From NCBI GenBank assembly GCA_051294375.1, contig CM119269.1, positions 10,522,883 through 10,586,882 on the forward strand: a DNA stretch of 64,000 bases. Reading direction: 5' to 3'. This document shows positions 25,930 to 39,989 of the stretch, piece by piece. This DNA comes from Paraspadella gotoi (Eukaryota > Animalia > Chaetognatha). Numbering within the stretch: the first letter of the stretch is position 1; each line of letters begins with the position of its first letter. The notes below the pieces were generated by a model, which ran no database searches, had not been told where the DNA came from, and worked only from the letters and a program-made list of their open reading frames with translations. The position numbers were made by a program, and so were the translations under genes.

Positions 25930-28559
25930 TTCTTTCTTTCTTTCTTTCTTTCTTGTCCGTGACTTTCCAAAGTTTTCTTTATTCATCATACTTCGTACGT
26001 CGAACGTTGTTGCTCGTCGATTAATTTGTTGTTATGGAGCCTTTTTCATATATTATATTTTATCCTGTGTATTTTTTTTGTTTTTTGTTGTTAATAAATC
26101 GTTATCCGTTCTCTTCCGCAGTGGAAAGCACAGACAATTCTTACTTACTTATAACTTCACATCTTTGCGAAACAACCGTGGAGGACAAAAAATAAGGGAG
26201 ATTGTTGCCAGAATTCTCCCGTCACGTTGCGAGAAGAAAGATTGGCGTTCTGATGTCGTACGATCGTCAGTCAGTGCTCGTCGATTAAACTCTCATCTTC
26301 TGTGCGTCATCAAGACAACATACTTTGAGGAGTATTGTATTATATATGTGTGCAAGAGAAGATTACTGCGCTTCTCAATATGTACCTCTTCCCAATCGAG
26401 GCCTCGTCTAGCTCATCAGGTTCATTTCCAGTTGGCTCCTTCAATGTTCCAAGTTTAAAAAAAGTACGAATGTAGTCGGACAGCCTGTTGTCGGGCAGAG
26501 GCCGGTTGTCGTGCCTCGTTGTCGGCACTATTACACGTTTGTCGGCCTTCAGGTTGTTGGCTTAACATCCCGTTGTACCGAGCCAAAACAGCGTGACCTC
26601 GGTTTTCGGCCCCGTTGTCGGCCCCGTTTGTCCGGCCTCTCTTCGCACACCGGTAAGCAACCCGATCCCGAGTTCTTGCTCGACACCATTGTCGGCACAA
26701 CCGTTGTCGGGCCAATAATTTCGGTTCCCGTTCTTTATACGTCTTCCTCGCGTCGTCTTCTCCCATGACGTTGTGATTCAACGGAGGAATTTTCTCTAAA
26801 TGATTGGAATTACGTGACGTCGTTCGTTTGTCCATATTCGTACAACCTTACAAGCTCATCAATCGCCCTTCCGTGCGGCGTCGTTGTCTTGCAAACAATC
26901 CCGCATCATTCTCAAGCCACCACCCAGCACTACCCCCCGCTCTGCCTGCGGAAATTCCTATTGCAGACTGGCGGTGCGCCATATTTGATTCTTTTGTGAA
27001 TTTCTCTCTTCTATTTCGGCCGCGTCAAGCGGCTTCCCCAACACCCAGCATATTGCGAGACCGGCGAGTCGAGAAGAGGAGAGAGAGAGTAGGAGAGAGG
27101 AAGAGAATGAAGAGAGAGAGAGAGAGAGAAGAGAGAAGAGAAGGAGAGGAGAGAGGAGAGAAAAGCCTGCAACCTATTAGAAATTACATTACCGGTAGGA
27201 GTTGGAACAGCGATAATGCCCCTTTCCCCTCTGGAACCGCTGAAATTATTCCATTTTCAATATTCTCTTTTTATGCCCGTCTTACCACAAATCTACCATG
27301 AATTGAGACAAAAGACGTTTCCCTTGATATGTAGGGGGTGAAAGAGGAGAAAAAAACAACCACTGGAGAGAGAGAGGAGGAGAAGAGATTTGAGAGAGGA
27401 CGAGAAGAAGAGTGAGAGAGAGAGAGAGACGAGAGAGAGAAGAGACGGAGAGAGAGAGAGAGAGAGAACGCGAAAACAGGTAGCTGCGATCTCAAGATAC
27501 AACGTTAATTAATGAATACGAATAATCCTGCCTTTTGCGCGTTTCTCTGTTGTTGCATAAATTAGATTAAGTGATTTAGGAAAAAGGAAAAGAAAAAAAG
27601 AGGAAAGAAGGAAAAGAGCAATGACCCCTCCAAGAGCGTGTGCGGCGAAGGAGAAAAAAAATGCCATTGGGTGAAAAAAAAAAAAAAACAGTGATGTCAC
27701 TACATGTAACTGATTAAAAAAACGCACAGATCGATTTAAGTAAACAAGAGCAAAAACCGATATTATTTCGAAAAAAAAAGGGACCGTTTTTAGATTGGGG
27801 AAGAAATAAAGGAGCTAATTGCTTGTTATGAATTAATAGGTTGGTAAATCCGCAGTGATAGCGATTACGGAGATAATTCTTCCTTTTGAGTTTCTAACTT
27901 GAGGCCATTAACCACCTTGAAAAAAATAAACTGGTCACTTTTTTTTAAAGTTCCTAAAACAATCGAATAATTCATTCATCCAACTAGCGAAAAAATGATT
28001 TGCAGTTTCGAGCGTTCGGGGCTCTCGGCGATTTAATAGTCGAATTGCGCAAAGGAAGGCTGTTTCTATTTAGGAGTTATTTTAGTATAGAAATAGAAGC
28101 GTTATAACCTATACGGTTAGAATGGCGTGCCATTAACGAAAGCTTGAAAAAAATAAACATCATTTGAAAAAACGAGTAAGGTTTGCAGAAGATCCATATG
28201 GACGCGTCTACGTTTTGCGTAAATCACGAACCAAAAAAGGAGAGTGGGAACGCTTACGGTCCTCTCTCTATCTTCCTGCTCTCTCCATCTCATCCTAATC
28301 TTTATTTCTGCCATTCTCAATCACGCTCTCCTCAGTCGCGCCTCGGTCTCTCTCTTCCTCTCTCTCTTCTCTCATCTCCTCTCTCCTCCAAACAACGGTC
28401 TCAACTAACGAAACAAGTGATTTTTCGCAATTTATACCATTAAAAAAAAATTATAAAGATAAGATCAGTTAAAACGGTGAAAATTCGCAATCTTTTTATT
28501 TAGGTCTTCAAGATTCTGTTAAAAAACCGGTGCCNNNNNNNNNNNNNNNNNNNNNNNNN

Positions 28560-28595
<36 letters not shown>

Positions 28596-29230
28596 GTCCG
28601 TGACTTTCCAAGTTTTCTTTATTCATCATCTTCGTCGTCGACGTCGTCGTTAATGTTGTTTGGGAGCCTTCATATATTATTTATCTGTGTATTTTTGTTG
28701 TTAATAATCGTTATCGTCTCCGCAAAGTGAAAGCATCTTACTTCATTATGGAACCGTGGAGGAAAAAATAAGGGAGATTGTTGCCAGAATCTCGTTGCGG
28801 AAGAAGATCGTTCTGATGTCGTCGTCGTCGTCGTCGTCGTCGTTAAATCTCATCTTTGTCGTCATCAACATATTAAAAGCATAAAAGGCAAGATTACTCG
28901 CTCTCATTGTACTCCATCGGCCTCCTAGTTCAGCTTTCCATNNNNNNNNNNNNNNNNNNNNNNNNNNNNNNNNNNNNNNNNNNNNNNNNNNNNNNNNNNN
29001 NNNNNNNNNNNNNNNNNNNNNNNNNNNNNNNNNNNNNNNNNNNNNNNNNNNNNNNNNNNNNNNNNNNNNNNNNNNNNNNNNNNNNNNNNNNNNNGCCCCG
29101 TTGTCGGCCCCGTTTTGCCACCATTGTCGGCCCCGTTGTCGGCCTCGTTCGTCGTCTTCCTCCGTCGTCTTCCTCCATGACGTTGATATCAACGATTTTC
29201 TAAATGATGGAATTCGTCGTCGTTGTCCTC
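25930..29230. repeat. Direct duplication: 25930-~26830 is an insertion-rich copy of 28560-~29230 (overfill at the 25-N gap 28535-28559)
   Basis: Shared anchors in the same order: tcttgtccgtgactttccaa, aaccgtggagga.aaaaataagggagattgttgccagaat, agattact.cgct.ctca, tcgtcttc.tcc.atgacgttg. Confidence 0.88.
26480..26712 (+). repeat. 12-bp minisatellite (GCCCCGTTGTCG)n; clean copy at 29095-29150 beside a gap
   Basis: Repeated ccgttgtcggc units in both duplicated copies. The N gap 28942-29094 corresponds to this array. Confidence 0.7.
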
Positions 29231-32200
29231 CTCATCGTCGCCTTCGTCNNNNNNNNNNNNNNNNNNNNNNNNNNNNNNNNNNNNNNNNNNNNNNNNNNNN
29301 NNNNNNNNNNNNNNNNNNNNNNNNNNNNNNNNNNNNNNNNNNNNNNNNGCGGGGAATTCGGGGCGCCGGGAGGCGGGAGGCGAAACCTGGCCAGGCGACA
29401 TTCGTCTGAGAAGGAACTGAAGATTCGCTGATTAATGCGAGGAGGAAAAAAAAAAAAGGGAAAGGAAAGAAAGTTGATGAGAGAAAAGAAAAAAAAGATG
29501 AGGAAAAAGGCGCAAGTTAAAAGAGAAAAAGGGGGAGGGCGAAAAAAAAGGGAATAACAAAAATAAGAAATAAAAAGAAAAAAAATGCCAGAAAAAAAAC
29601 TTCGTCTGGCATTCGATGCCCAGAAATTTTTTCTCCCCGACAGTTATAAGGTGAGGCGGTAAAGAGTGAGTTAGAAAGTAGTGAAATTAAGGTGGGGGAG
29701 CCGAAATAAATACCTGATAGAAGATGGAATAAAAAGTAAAAAGTATGATCAAAACCCAAAACGATGAAATAAAAGAATATACTAATGGAGTCCCCTTTAT
29801 ATAATTGAAAACATTTCTTTGAATCATTATACCGCATCAGTACACTTCATGATAGGTAACTTTGGGAAGTGAATAAACTCGACTGCGAGAATGTTTTTTT
29901 GATTCAATGCTTGCAGGGATCATGCCTGTTTATTTCTTTCTATATTGGTTGTACCATTACGTGCGCATATATTTTATTGCACTTTGCAAACTAGTTTAGA
30001 GTTTGCTAATCATATAATTACTAACTATTTCTTCAACTTCTTTCCCATTTTTCATCCATTTAAAATCTTTAACCTCCGGCCCCTCCGGACTGTTTTTTCC
30101 TATCCGATTTCAAAATCTCCCCGACAAAAACAATTCCCACTTTGAATCTTAAAATCGATTCCAGTTCGATCAATTTTTTATTTCTTTTTTGAGTCACGCG
30201 ATTGAAAAATGTTGTTCTTTTGACGGCGTGGCCGTGACACGTTTGACCACGGGAATTCGGGTCGAGGACATTGAGATCGAGACCACGGCGGAACAGTCTG
30301 ACGTTGAGACTTTTGAATCGCGACAAATAACGAGACGAGGGATATAGAAAAAAAAAAAGTTCGGTCGTGGGAGGAATACGTTTTGGCCAACCCGGATTCG
30401 ATCACCGGAACCATATCATCCCATGAACGAAAAAGACTTTTCCAACCTGATTTTGAATCAAGCAAGACCGACGTTTGACAAGCTTTCGCTGCTGTAGAGA
30501 CACCGATTATCAACCAAGGCTTCCTCATCGAATTTTGGCTGCCATGGGTGGATCGGTAGTTTATTACAACAAGAAATATGTGTTGGCGGTTCCATTTATA
30601 CATAGCTCATTTTAATTTATTCTTTTTCTTAGATTACTAAAAAGGTATCATAGTGAATTAGGTTAGGTTAGGTTTAGCCTTCTTTCGCTAGGAAAACTGT
30701 ATATAAAAACGCTCTATTCATGTTTGATAATTATTTACTTACTTCTTTAATCATAGAAAACGAAAAAAAAGCCCTAGGGATTTTCGAAGCGTCGACGTGT
30801 TTGTCGGTTTTCGCGAAAAAACCCAAGATTAAGAGTCGAGGAAATGAAAAAAAATAAAAACACCAACAACAACAACGACCAACAACGAAAACCTGAAAAA
30901 AAAGGTTGCCAATCTGGCAATATCGATAAAAATTGAGCGATATAATTATGTCAGAGAGAGAGAGAAATCTGAGGAGAGAGAGAAAGAGAGTAGAGATTTG
31001 ATTTTTGATTTGATTTTATTAATGCTCATGTGAATGTTTAACACCAGTAACAATGTAACAGTTAATGAGCCCGTACATATACATGTATGTACACATTTTT
31101 AAAGAAATGTAAATTTAACCATTAACAAAACAAAAAATACAAAGTGGACTAATTATATACATAGTTTTAAAATTTCAGTATTACACATTAGATCCCGTCC
31201 TTTTTTAACGTTCCACACTCTCTCTATCCGTAATAGGACTGAGAGAGAGAGAGAGAGGGAGAGAGAGAAGAGAGAGGAGAGAGGATAGAGAGAGAGAGAG
31301 GAGAGGAAGAAGAAAGAAAGAGGAAAAAAAAAGAGAAGACTGAGAGAGAGAGGAGAGAGAGAGAGAGAGAGAGAGAGTGAGAGAGAGAGAGAGACGCGTG
31401 CGAGAAGGGAGAGAGAGAGAGAGATAGAGAGGCAGAGAGACCAATGAATACAGGAAAAGAATCTTATACGCAACTCTGGGAAGAGAAGAGAAGATGAAAG
31501 AAGAAGCGGCAGCTCAAGTTTTTTAAAAACAGCTTCTCACCGCTTCCTCTCCCTTCCACCCCATTTCACCCCCTTTCCACCATCTTTCCACCTTCTTTTT
31601 TCCAACCCTTTCTCCCGCCTTTCCACCCCTTCCAACTCACTTTCCAATCCCCCCCCTTCACTACGCAGTTTTCAAAACTCAGAAGCCTTCTGCATTCCTC
31701 CGTCGTTATTTTCCTTCCTTCCCCTTTTGTTTTGCTTTTCCCCCATCGAGTCTTCCAAGGGTTTTTTCGATTTTTAACGTAGCCTCGCTTTGGTTCCTCT
31801 CCGCCCAGCGGGCGTGCGGAGTGCCCGGGCGGGCCAGCGGTCAAAAATGAACGATAGAAAACGGTTGAGGTAGAGGAATGCGAAGGAGGAAATCGGAAAT
31901 GGAAATGGGTACGGAAGGGAAAGAGACGAAATAGAAAAGGACGATGGAAAAGAAGAAGCGACGGAAAATTTGTCAATGAGAATTGAAAGTTAAAAAAGTA
32001 AAGAAGGGCGATATAGGATAGAGAAAAGATAGTTAAATGAACGGGACGAAAAGTTGAAGTGATTGAGAGCGAAAGACGAAAAATTTGGGGAGATAGAAAA
32101 CCAAAGAAATATCTCGGCAGTAATCCTACATCTTACCAGTTGCTAGTATTTTAAAATTTATTCATGTTTAATTTTTTTTAATTCTCAAATTTAGTATTTT

Positions 32201-32761
32201 GGGGCGAATCATAATTTTGAGAATATTCTTACGGACACCTTCTACATTATAATAGTTTCTCTTACATTAATTATAAAATAAACAGACCTTGACGCTGAAA
32301 TTGAAGTTCGCTCAGACTTTATCTCCATAAATTTACTCAAAAATTTCAACTCAAAATTAAAGAGAAAATGTAAAACATGTCGACAATTTTAGTCGTTGTC
32401 GCGTCTCTTCTCGTTCATCGATCGTCGGTCGTGTGGTCGTCGTTTTCGTCCTTTGTCCTCAATCATCCAATCAATCGGAAACTTGTTTTTTTCTCATTTG
32501 ACGACTCATTTGGCAGGCGTCCTCTCCTTTGGTCTTACAGCCACGCCTACCACGAAGATAAGTAGAGACAGAAAAAAAAAAACAGAAGCGAAATAAATTT
32601 ACAAAAGATAAGAGGAAGCATCAGCGGCGATGGCTTCCAACGCTTTTCTCTCTTGATTGCGAAAAAACGTAAAACTTCATAGAAATTAAAAATCTGACGA
32701 CCGAGAGAGAGAGGGAGAGAGAGAGAGAGAGGAAGAGAGAGAGAGTTAGAGATGAGGAAGA

Positions 32762-32800
<39 letters not shown>

Positions 32801-35800
32801 TCTTCTTTTCTCATGAATTTCTCCACTCTAATATATAAGGATCGGTCGTGTAAAATGTAAAGTGTCTATTTGGCAAGAATTTTTAGATTGTTTTGGGAGA
32901 CGTTGAGGAGAATTGCGATATAATCTTACAACTCAAGAAACGCAGCTCTTCCGTTATCTGTGAACGGGGTTTTTCGCAATTCTGCATCATTCGGCTTCGG
33001 CGCAGCTGTCCCCTAGTCCGCGACGCAGCACCGCTCCGTTGCTGCTTTCCGGACACCCCACTGCATTTCCTGGCACCCGCGCTGCACTCTACTTGAACCT
33101 TTCACCCAATGACCCCGCGTCGCCCGTCCTTTCAGTTTTCTCGGTCACCGATCACGACGTTCGGGCGAGTTCCACTTATTGCGGCCTTCGTTGCGTCTCT
33201 CTTGTCCCCCTTAGACTCTACGTAGCTGACGTGCTCTTCGCTTGTCGCGCGCCTCATTATTTCAGCGCTTATATTGCCGCCTAGATTTCGGAGTCATGTT
33301 TAAAAAATATCTTAGTTGCCTTTTTTGAAGGCTATTTTCTCCAAATGTTAATAATAATATTTGTCATTTGAATTTATAAATTTCGTTCGACGAAATCGCG
33401 AGTTCGATCACAACCCTCAATCTGCGCCCGACGTTTTCATTTTCTTCCAGCGTCAACAACAAACAATCACCTTCGCCAATTCTACTTCAATTCCCACGGC
33501 CCCCCTTACAGCCCCCTCCCCTTAAGCCGTCGGCCTGCGCCCCCCCTTTTTCACTTCGCGTCCGTCAACAAACAAACAGAGGAATAAAATCACGTCGTCC
33601 GATCAACTCTACCCTGTCCATCACAAACCCTCTCCACGGCCACCCTCATCAACTTTCTACTCTCCACTTCGAAAAAACGTTTTTTTTTCGAAAAAACCCA
33701 CCCTTCCACCCAAACTATCAACACCCATTCTCCTCTCTCTTCTCTCTCTCTTCTCTCTCTCTCTCTTCTCTCTCTCTCTCTTCTCTTCTCTCTCTCTCTC
33801 TCTCTCTCTACTTGGTCTACACCCCGAAAGCTATTAAAAGACGGTCCCGTCATAACAGCGTCAAAACAATTAACAAGAACGGCGTCGGCGCGGCGGTGCG
33901 GCGGCGGCGGCGCTCGATGGAACGAGAACGCCGCCTTTCGCCGACGGGCCGTCTGAAAATTACAAAGTCCGATTACAAACTGGGCTTAATTCGTTCAACG
34001 GCGGGGGGGCGGGCGAGATAAGGGAATAGTGGAGATCAGGCGTAACAAGTCAAAGAAGGAATACTCGCGAAATGGCAAGTGGCATAAAATGGAAGAGAAC
34101 TAATGGCAAAAATGAGAAAATTGGAAACCCGATGGCCGACGGTTGAAGAGATTTCCGAGAGAGAGGGAGAGTTCCGGAAGAGATTCGTAAGACGAATTGT
34201 CAAAGTTGAAAAAGTATGTAATGATATTGATAAGTGATTTCTGAAGAAAGCAAATGTCCGACGAACTGTTCTGTGCTTTTTTTTAATATAATCACAGCTT
34301 TCAGCGAAAAAAAAAAGTTGAGAAAAGACAATTTAAGATGCAAATTCGAACCACCGACCCATACGGCAAAAGAAATCTCTAATTTCTGTATATAATAATA
34401 AGCTCAAAAATAAAAAGATTGTAGGTTATGTTATTGTGGAAGATCTAACCCACCATATTCAATGATGTATAGGTTTTTCTATTGCTTGTAGTCTTGTGCC
34501 ACATTTCATAGTAAGTTACAAGGTGTGTTTTAACTTTTAAACCTTTCTTCGGCCAATATTTTGTTACGTATCCTTCGCGAGTTACTTTTCTTAATCAGAA
34601 AAAAATTTTCAACTTGAATTCTGTGATTTACAGCGAGCGTAGTAGGGGCGAGGCTATGGGATTAAGAAACGACGACGACGACGACGACGACGACGAAAAC
34701 ATGGCGCGAAGTAACCATCTTGAACAGCCAGGACAAATACTTTGAATTATTACGGTGGCACAATGACAACGCTGATGAAAGATCAAAACTAGGACGTTCG
34801 GTGAAGGGGACCTAAACAGTAAACCAATCGTGACGTCGGTCAAACAAAACATGGTTGTCTCACATATTTTTTTTTTATCACGCAAAAAAGAATTAAATCA
34901 GAAACCGAAGTTCGGCACCAAACAACAACAACAATAACTTACGACGACGACGACGATCATTGAGACGAACCGATGAAGAAAAATCGCAGGAGAAGAGTTT
35001 TTTTTTTTTTAAATTTCCCTTTGAAGTTAAAATAGAGAAAAGAGGAAGAAGAGAGTTCCGAGATCGAGTGGAAGAATTGAAAGCCGAGAGGAGAAAAAAA
35101 TGGGCGGTTAACGCGATAAGATTCGAGACTCCAAAACCCATTTGGAAAATGTTTGTGAAAACTGGGGAAATAAAAGCCTTTCGTAAAGAGAGGGAATCGG
35201 AGGGAGAAAGGCGAGAAAGGGAAGTGGGAGGATTGAAAAAGAGAAAAGGAGAGGAAAGTTGGTCGCGCAAGAAAAGGTGACACGAAAGACGGAGGAAAAG
35301 ATAATGGATCGACAGAGGGAGAAAGCCCACTGTCATCTGCGCGGAACGTAGCACAGGAAAAGTCAACCTCGAATGCACGTGTTTGAAAAAAATTGGTTAA
35401 AAAGGGAATGGGAAAAACGAAGAAAAAACATCGAAGTGGAAGAAGAAGCCGCAAAAGAAGAGCAGGCAGAAGACGAGTGATGAACTGAGATGCCCGCCAG
35501 TGAGAGGAGAGGATGCAGAGATTGGAGAGAGAGAGAAGAGAGAGAGAGAGAGAACAGAGTGCGAGATGTGAGAGCTTACGTTCTTGCTCAACTTGAGACC
35601 ATAAGCGTTTTTCCCCCCTTCCCTTTTTCTGGGGATTGCTTCTGCCTTGAGCCTCAATAGTACTTACTGAAGGAGCATAAAAAAAGAGAAAAGGATAAAA
35701 GACGCCGGGGATGAAAGAGGAAGGGAGTAAGGGAGATGAGAGAGATACGAGAGAGATGAGAGAGTTGAGAGAGAGAGAGAGAAAGAGAGGAACAAGAGAT

Positions 35801-36594
35801 TGAGAACATGAAGAATGCCAACAACGCTGGAATCGTGAACTAGCAAAATTCCCACTTCACATAGAACAATGGGGAGAACAAGACTGAAGAGAAGAGAGTG
35901 AAGAAGAGAAAGTAGAGAGCAGAGAGATGATGAGGAAGAGGGTGAGAGAAGAAAGAGGAACTTAGGACGCGATGAGAGCAATGGCGATAAGAACGTTCGT
36001 CTCACTGATTGAAAGATAAAAAAATGAAAGTATTTTCTTTCACCGATGGTAACTGCGTCGGCGTCGGGGCCTTTCCTCTCTCTCTCTCTCTCTCTCTACT
36101 CTCTCGATCTCTCTCTCTGGGTCTTCATCTCTCTCTCTCTCTTTCTTTCTCCCTCCCTTACCATCTTTCTTTTCTCATTTCCGCTTCCCATAAACTCCTT
36201 AGGGGCGAAGTCGGTCGCCATGCGACTCGTTGCAATCAAATATGAATCCTTTATAGGTGGATCTCTGCAACGGACCGCTAGTCACAAGTCCTGAGACTGA
36301 GATCCTGTCCTAACAGATAGATCTATTTGCGGTTTTCGAGTCTCAAAGTCATTTATAGGTTTTTAAACTCAAATTCTTTCTGTCAAAAAATTATGTCAAA
36401 TTAGATCAGTAAAATTCTGTCTTTCAAAAGCAATTGTTCAGTTCAAATTTCTGTCAAAAAATACTGAACTTGTCGAGAAACAGTTGTCAAAGAACAAGAC
36501 GCTCAAGATTCCAATAGTGTTGACTGACCGGGTGGCGCAACAAATGACTATTATTTATCACTGATGTATACCACTTCGGTTTGATCACCGATAT

Positions 36595-37660
36595 ATGACA
36601 TGACATGACATGATTAAAAAACTTTATTTATTTCATGCGCTGCGTCAAGAAATTTTAGGTTTTCTGTTTCTTAACAAAGACGCATTTCAACTATAGAGAC
36701 CGACGAAAAGTGACTTATAGAGTTTCTCCGCGAGTAACTGGCGGCGCACACTTAAAAACAGAACAAAAAATACTAAAATCATTTAAAAATCAAGAGTGAA
36801 AATACTAAAAAAATCAAGACAAATTGGCAAATTTTAAGTCCACCGCATAGTTAAGACGAGTCTGGAAAATAATATCGTACGTTGACGATATGGAGACAAA
36901 AGTCAGTTCAGTCAGAAAGTGCTGAAGCCCTGAACGCTTCTGCCACATCCATGGTCAAAGGAAAAAAGATCAGCCTGTCACCCTTCGATCACACCTCGGT
37001 CGTCAGCCCGTGCTGGAAGACGCTCTACCGTGCACTCCTGAAAGGGAGAGCAAACATAAAGATAATATCGAATCTTATTTCCATTTACAACTCGGAATAT
37101 AGGAGATGGAACGAGATGGATTACCGAGATGGAACCGCACAATGGATAATATGTGGACTAACGAAGCGGCGGCTCAAGCCCTCGCGTTCTCGAGCGCTCA
37201 AAGCGAACGTAGTCACGAAAAGTTATGATAATGCCGGGCGGTCAATCGGGCGAAAAGGCTGTATGGCGTGGCATAGGATTGACGTAGTGAGACCAAGTGT
37301 CGGCCGAAGTGGTGGATGTGTATTGGGTCAGGTGGGAATAGGAAAGAATGACCAGATGGAAATACCAGAGACCTGAGCTCGGACACATTTGTGTCTAGGA
37401 TGTGGGGAAAGGTGGCGGAAGGAGTTAATCACTCTATATAAATGTGGAAAAAAAAACTATAACGTGTCGCGATGTAGAGAAAGTCTATCAAAGAGTGAAT
37501 TAGAGATGAGTCTGAAGACTCTGAGGCGCTAGAGAAGAGAAGCAAATATGTGAGTCGTAGCGGGGAATGAAGTGGTGGTAACGGTAGCAAATGGAGTTCT
37601 CCAGAGAGATCGACGAACGCAGGAATGCGAAATTTGTGAGATGAAAAGAAAGATGAAAGG
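36595..37660 (-). mobile_element. Decayed LINE (CR1/L2-like) 3' end
   Basis: On - strand ~37470-37400, a frameshifted YSFFFH..RVINS resembles the SFFPR..R.WN.LP C-terminal motif of CR1/L2 ORF2. The element ends in AATAAA plus a (TCATG)n tail at ~36595-36628. Confidence 0.45.
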
Positions 37661-38539
37661 TTGAGAAAAAGAAATATGAAGGGAAAGAAATGATGAATAG
37701 CGCGGAGGATGTAAAGAATGGATGGAAAAAAATGAATTAGAATTATTAAGGAAAAAGGAAGGAAGAAGAAAAAGAAAGAGGATTGCAGAGAAAACGGAGC
37801 ATGATCAATGGAAGTGATTAATGAAAAGAGAAAGATGGAAAAAGGAGAATGAAAAACAATTAAAATACCTAAAAAGTCTCATTGATTTTAGCGTTTCTAA
37901 TGTACAAAATATTACTATTACTGAGACGATCTCTTAATATTCTTGATACCTGTTCCGTCCTACAGTACTATCCAGTTCGAACGGGATGGCTTGATTTCTC
38001 AATAATTATAGACGGCAATAGTTGTCCTATACATATGGCATTGACATTCCGGGTTCTACTCGACACTTGCTCTCTCGAACTTCGGCGCATGAATCCCCCG
38101 CCCTTTGGTCTCTCGACCTTTGCTCGACCAGCTCAAGGTATGTGTACAATCGAATCTAACTCGGATTGAAGGACATCAGGTTGGGAAGGGTGAGAATAGA
38201 ATGCGGAAAACATCGTGGAGAGAAGACGAGAGACGACGAGTTGAACAGTCTGTCGACGTGGGCATACCAGGGTGTACCGCTAATGCCTTCCTCGGAAGTA
38301 CCATGTCCGCCGCTGGTTAACGCTTCGTCACGATGTCTTCTATGTGTTTCTTATCGCTTAGATAAGAGTCATCTCCTATTTCCTTAAACCATATTGTTCT
38401 CGATTTTTCTTTGCTTTTTCCTTCCTCTTCTCTCAGCTTCCACGCGAGACGTAGTCCGAACGAAGAAGAAAAGAGCAAAAAGAACAAACAACAACAATGA
38501 AAAATAGGGAATGAGCCAACAATGCAAACAACCACATGG

Positions 38540-39640
38540 ATCATGTTCGACCAGCCTACTCATCGTCCTCAAGAGATGCTGAAGAGACAAAAGAAGTTCA
38601 ACGACAAACAACAACATTAAAATAATAAAACCCCCTGTTGACCTAATCGACAGTTGAGCTTCTTCTCCCGGCATCCTCGGTCTTCCTCCCGTCTCCGTGC
38701 TCCAACTGTCAATTGTACACTTATTATATAAAGTATTTTTATTTGTATTTTTCAAAATTTTGTAATTTTGTTATTTGATGTTTAAACCGGTTTTATTATT
38801 TAGTAGCATTACTATATTATTTATCAACATTTCTGTTCAATCACACCATATAATATAACAGGGGGGCATGGAGCCGCTCGAGTGAATCATCTATTACAGA
38901 AATAATTCCTCCACTTATGGGATTCGAACCATCGAACTCAAGCTCTGGACGACCTGAGTTACAACCAGAGCCATCCAGACGGCCTCGATTCCTCAGAGAA
39001 TCTAAACCTATTTAAAACTTTAAAAACCCAAGACATCTTTTGGTGAACAGAGCAACTGTTTAAGAAAAACAAAAGTATTTCTAAATCGAGATTTAAAGCT
39101 TTAAATGAAAACAAAATCGCTGAGAAATCAGGGCCGTCTGAGTGGCCCAGAGCTGTAGCTCGAGTCACTCAGAACTTGAGTTTGACGGTTCAAATCCAAC
39201 CATGGATGAATTATTTTATAAAAGATCTGATTCGCTCAAGTGGCCGCATGCCCCCTGTTGTAATATATGGTTAAATATATTAAAACAAAAATGTTGTCGT
39301 CCATCTTGTGTGACTGAAGTATGTTGATAATAAATATATAGTAATAATATAATAGACCGGTTTAAAATGTGCAACGAAAATAAAAATTTCACAAAATCTA
39401 AAAATTGAAAAATTTCAAATACAACAACAAAAATTTACAAAAATACAAAAAACACTATGGTAACTGATGTAATATTGACACGTCTGAGCGAAGAGACGGA
39501 GGAGACCGAGGATGCTGGGACGAAGATGCTCTGACTGCTCGTGAGGTCGACAGGGGTGGTATTTTGTTTCTTCGTCGTTGTTGTTTAGTCATTTGTATCT
39601 GTCATAGCGTCTGAAGATCTCTTGTCAAGTGTGGTTGATT
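38540..39640. mobile_element. Diverged ~1.1 kb palindrome; each arm carries a tRNA-derived (SINE-like) head pointing outward
   Basis: B-box GGTTCGAATCC on - (38930-38920) and GGTTCAAATCC on + (39187-39197). Each lies ~55 nt after a GGCCGTCTG start with an A-box-like TGGC. Symmetry centre is aacag-agcaa-ctgtt (39046-39060). The arms differ by many substitutions. Confidence 0.65.
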
Positions 39641-39989
39641 CGTGATTGGCATCCTGCTAGAAAAGTTCTTCTGGCGTTGGTTTTGAGAATCTTTTGATTT
39701 CGTTTTTTTTCCTTTTTTTGTTGTTGTTGTGATTCTCTCTTCTCGCTTCTGGGAATGACTCGTCTCGCGTGGCGAGGCTGAGGAGAGAGGAGGGAGGAAA
39801 AAACGTAAAGGGGAGGAGGGTGGGCGGGGGGAAGGTGGGGTGGTTGGAGTGAGAGGGGGAAGGAGGAGGGGAAGGAGGAACCGGTCGGGCGACGCTGCGC
39901 GTTGATATTTGAACGAGTTGTCCGAGTTGTTTCTGCCGCGTCCTGTCGTAGCCGGGCTGGCGGCCTGCTGGGCGTGCTGAGGATGTCCC

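Noticed and set aside
30658-30677. (TTAGG)3 arthropod-type telomeric repeat
   Set aside because: Too short and interstitial; at most a weak taxonomic hint.
31540-32100. Possible further fold-backs at pyrimidine-to-purine switches (also ~21.1-22.2 kb and ~10.2-12.5 kb)
   Set aside because: Only short low-complexity matches; cannot be separated from chance without an alignment.
39131-39210. Functional tRNA gene
   Set aside because: It has a B-box, but I could not fold a convincing cloverleaf or acceptor stem, and homology continues far beyond the head.
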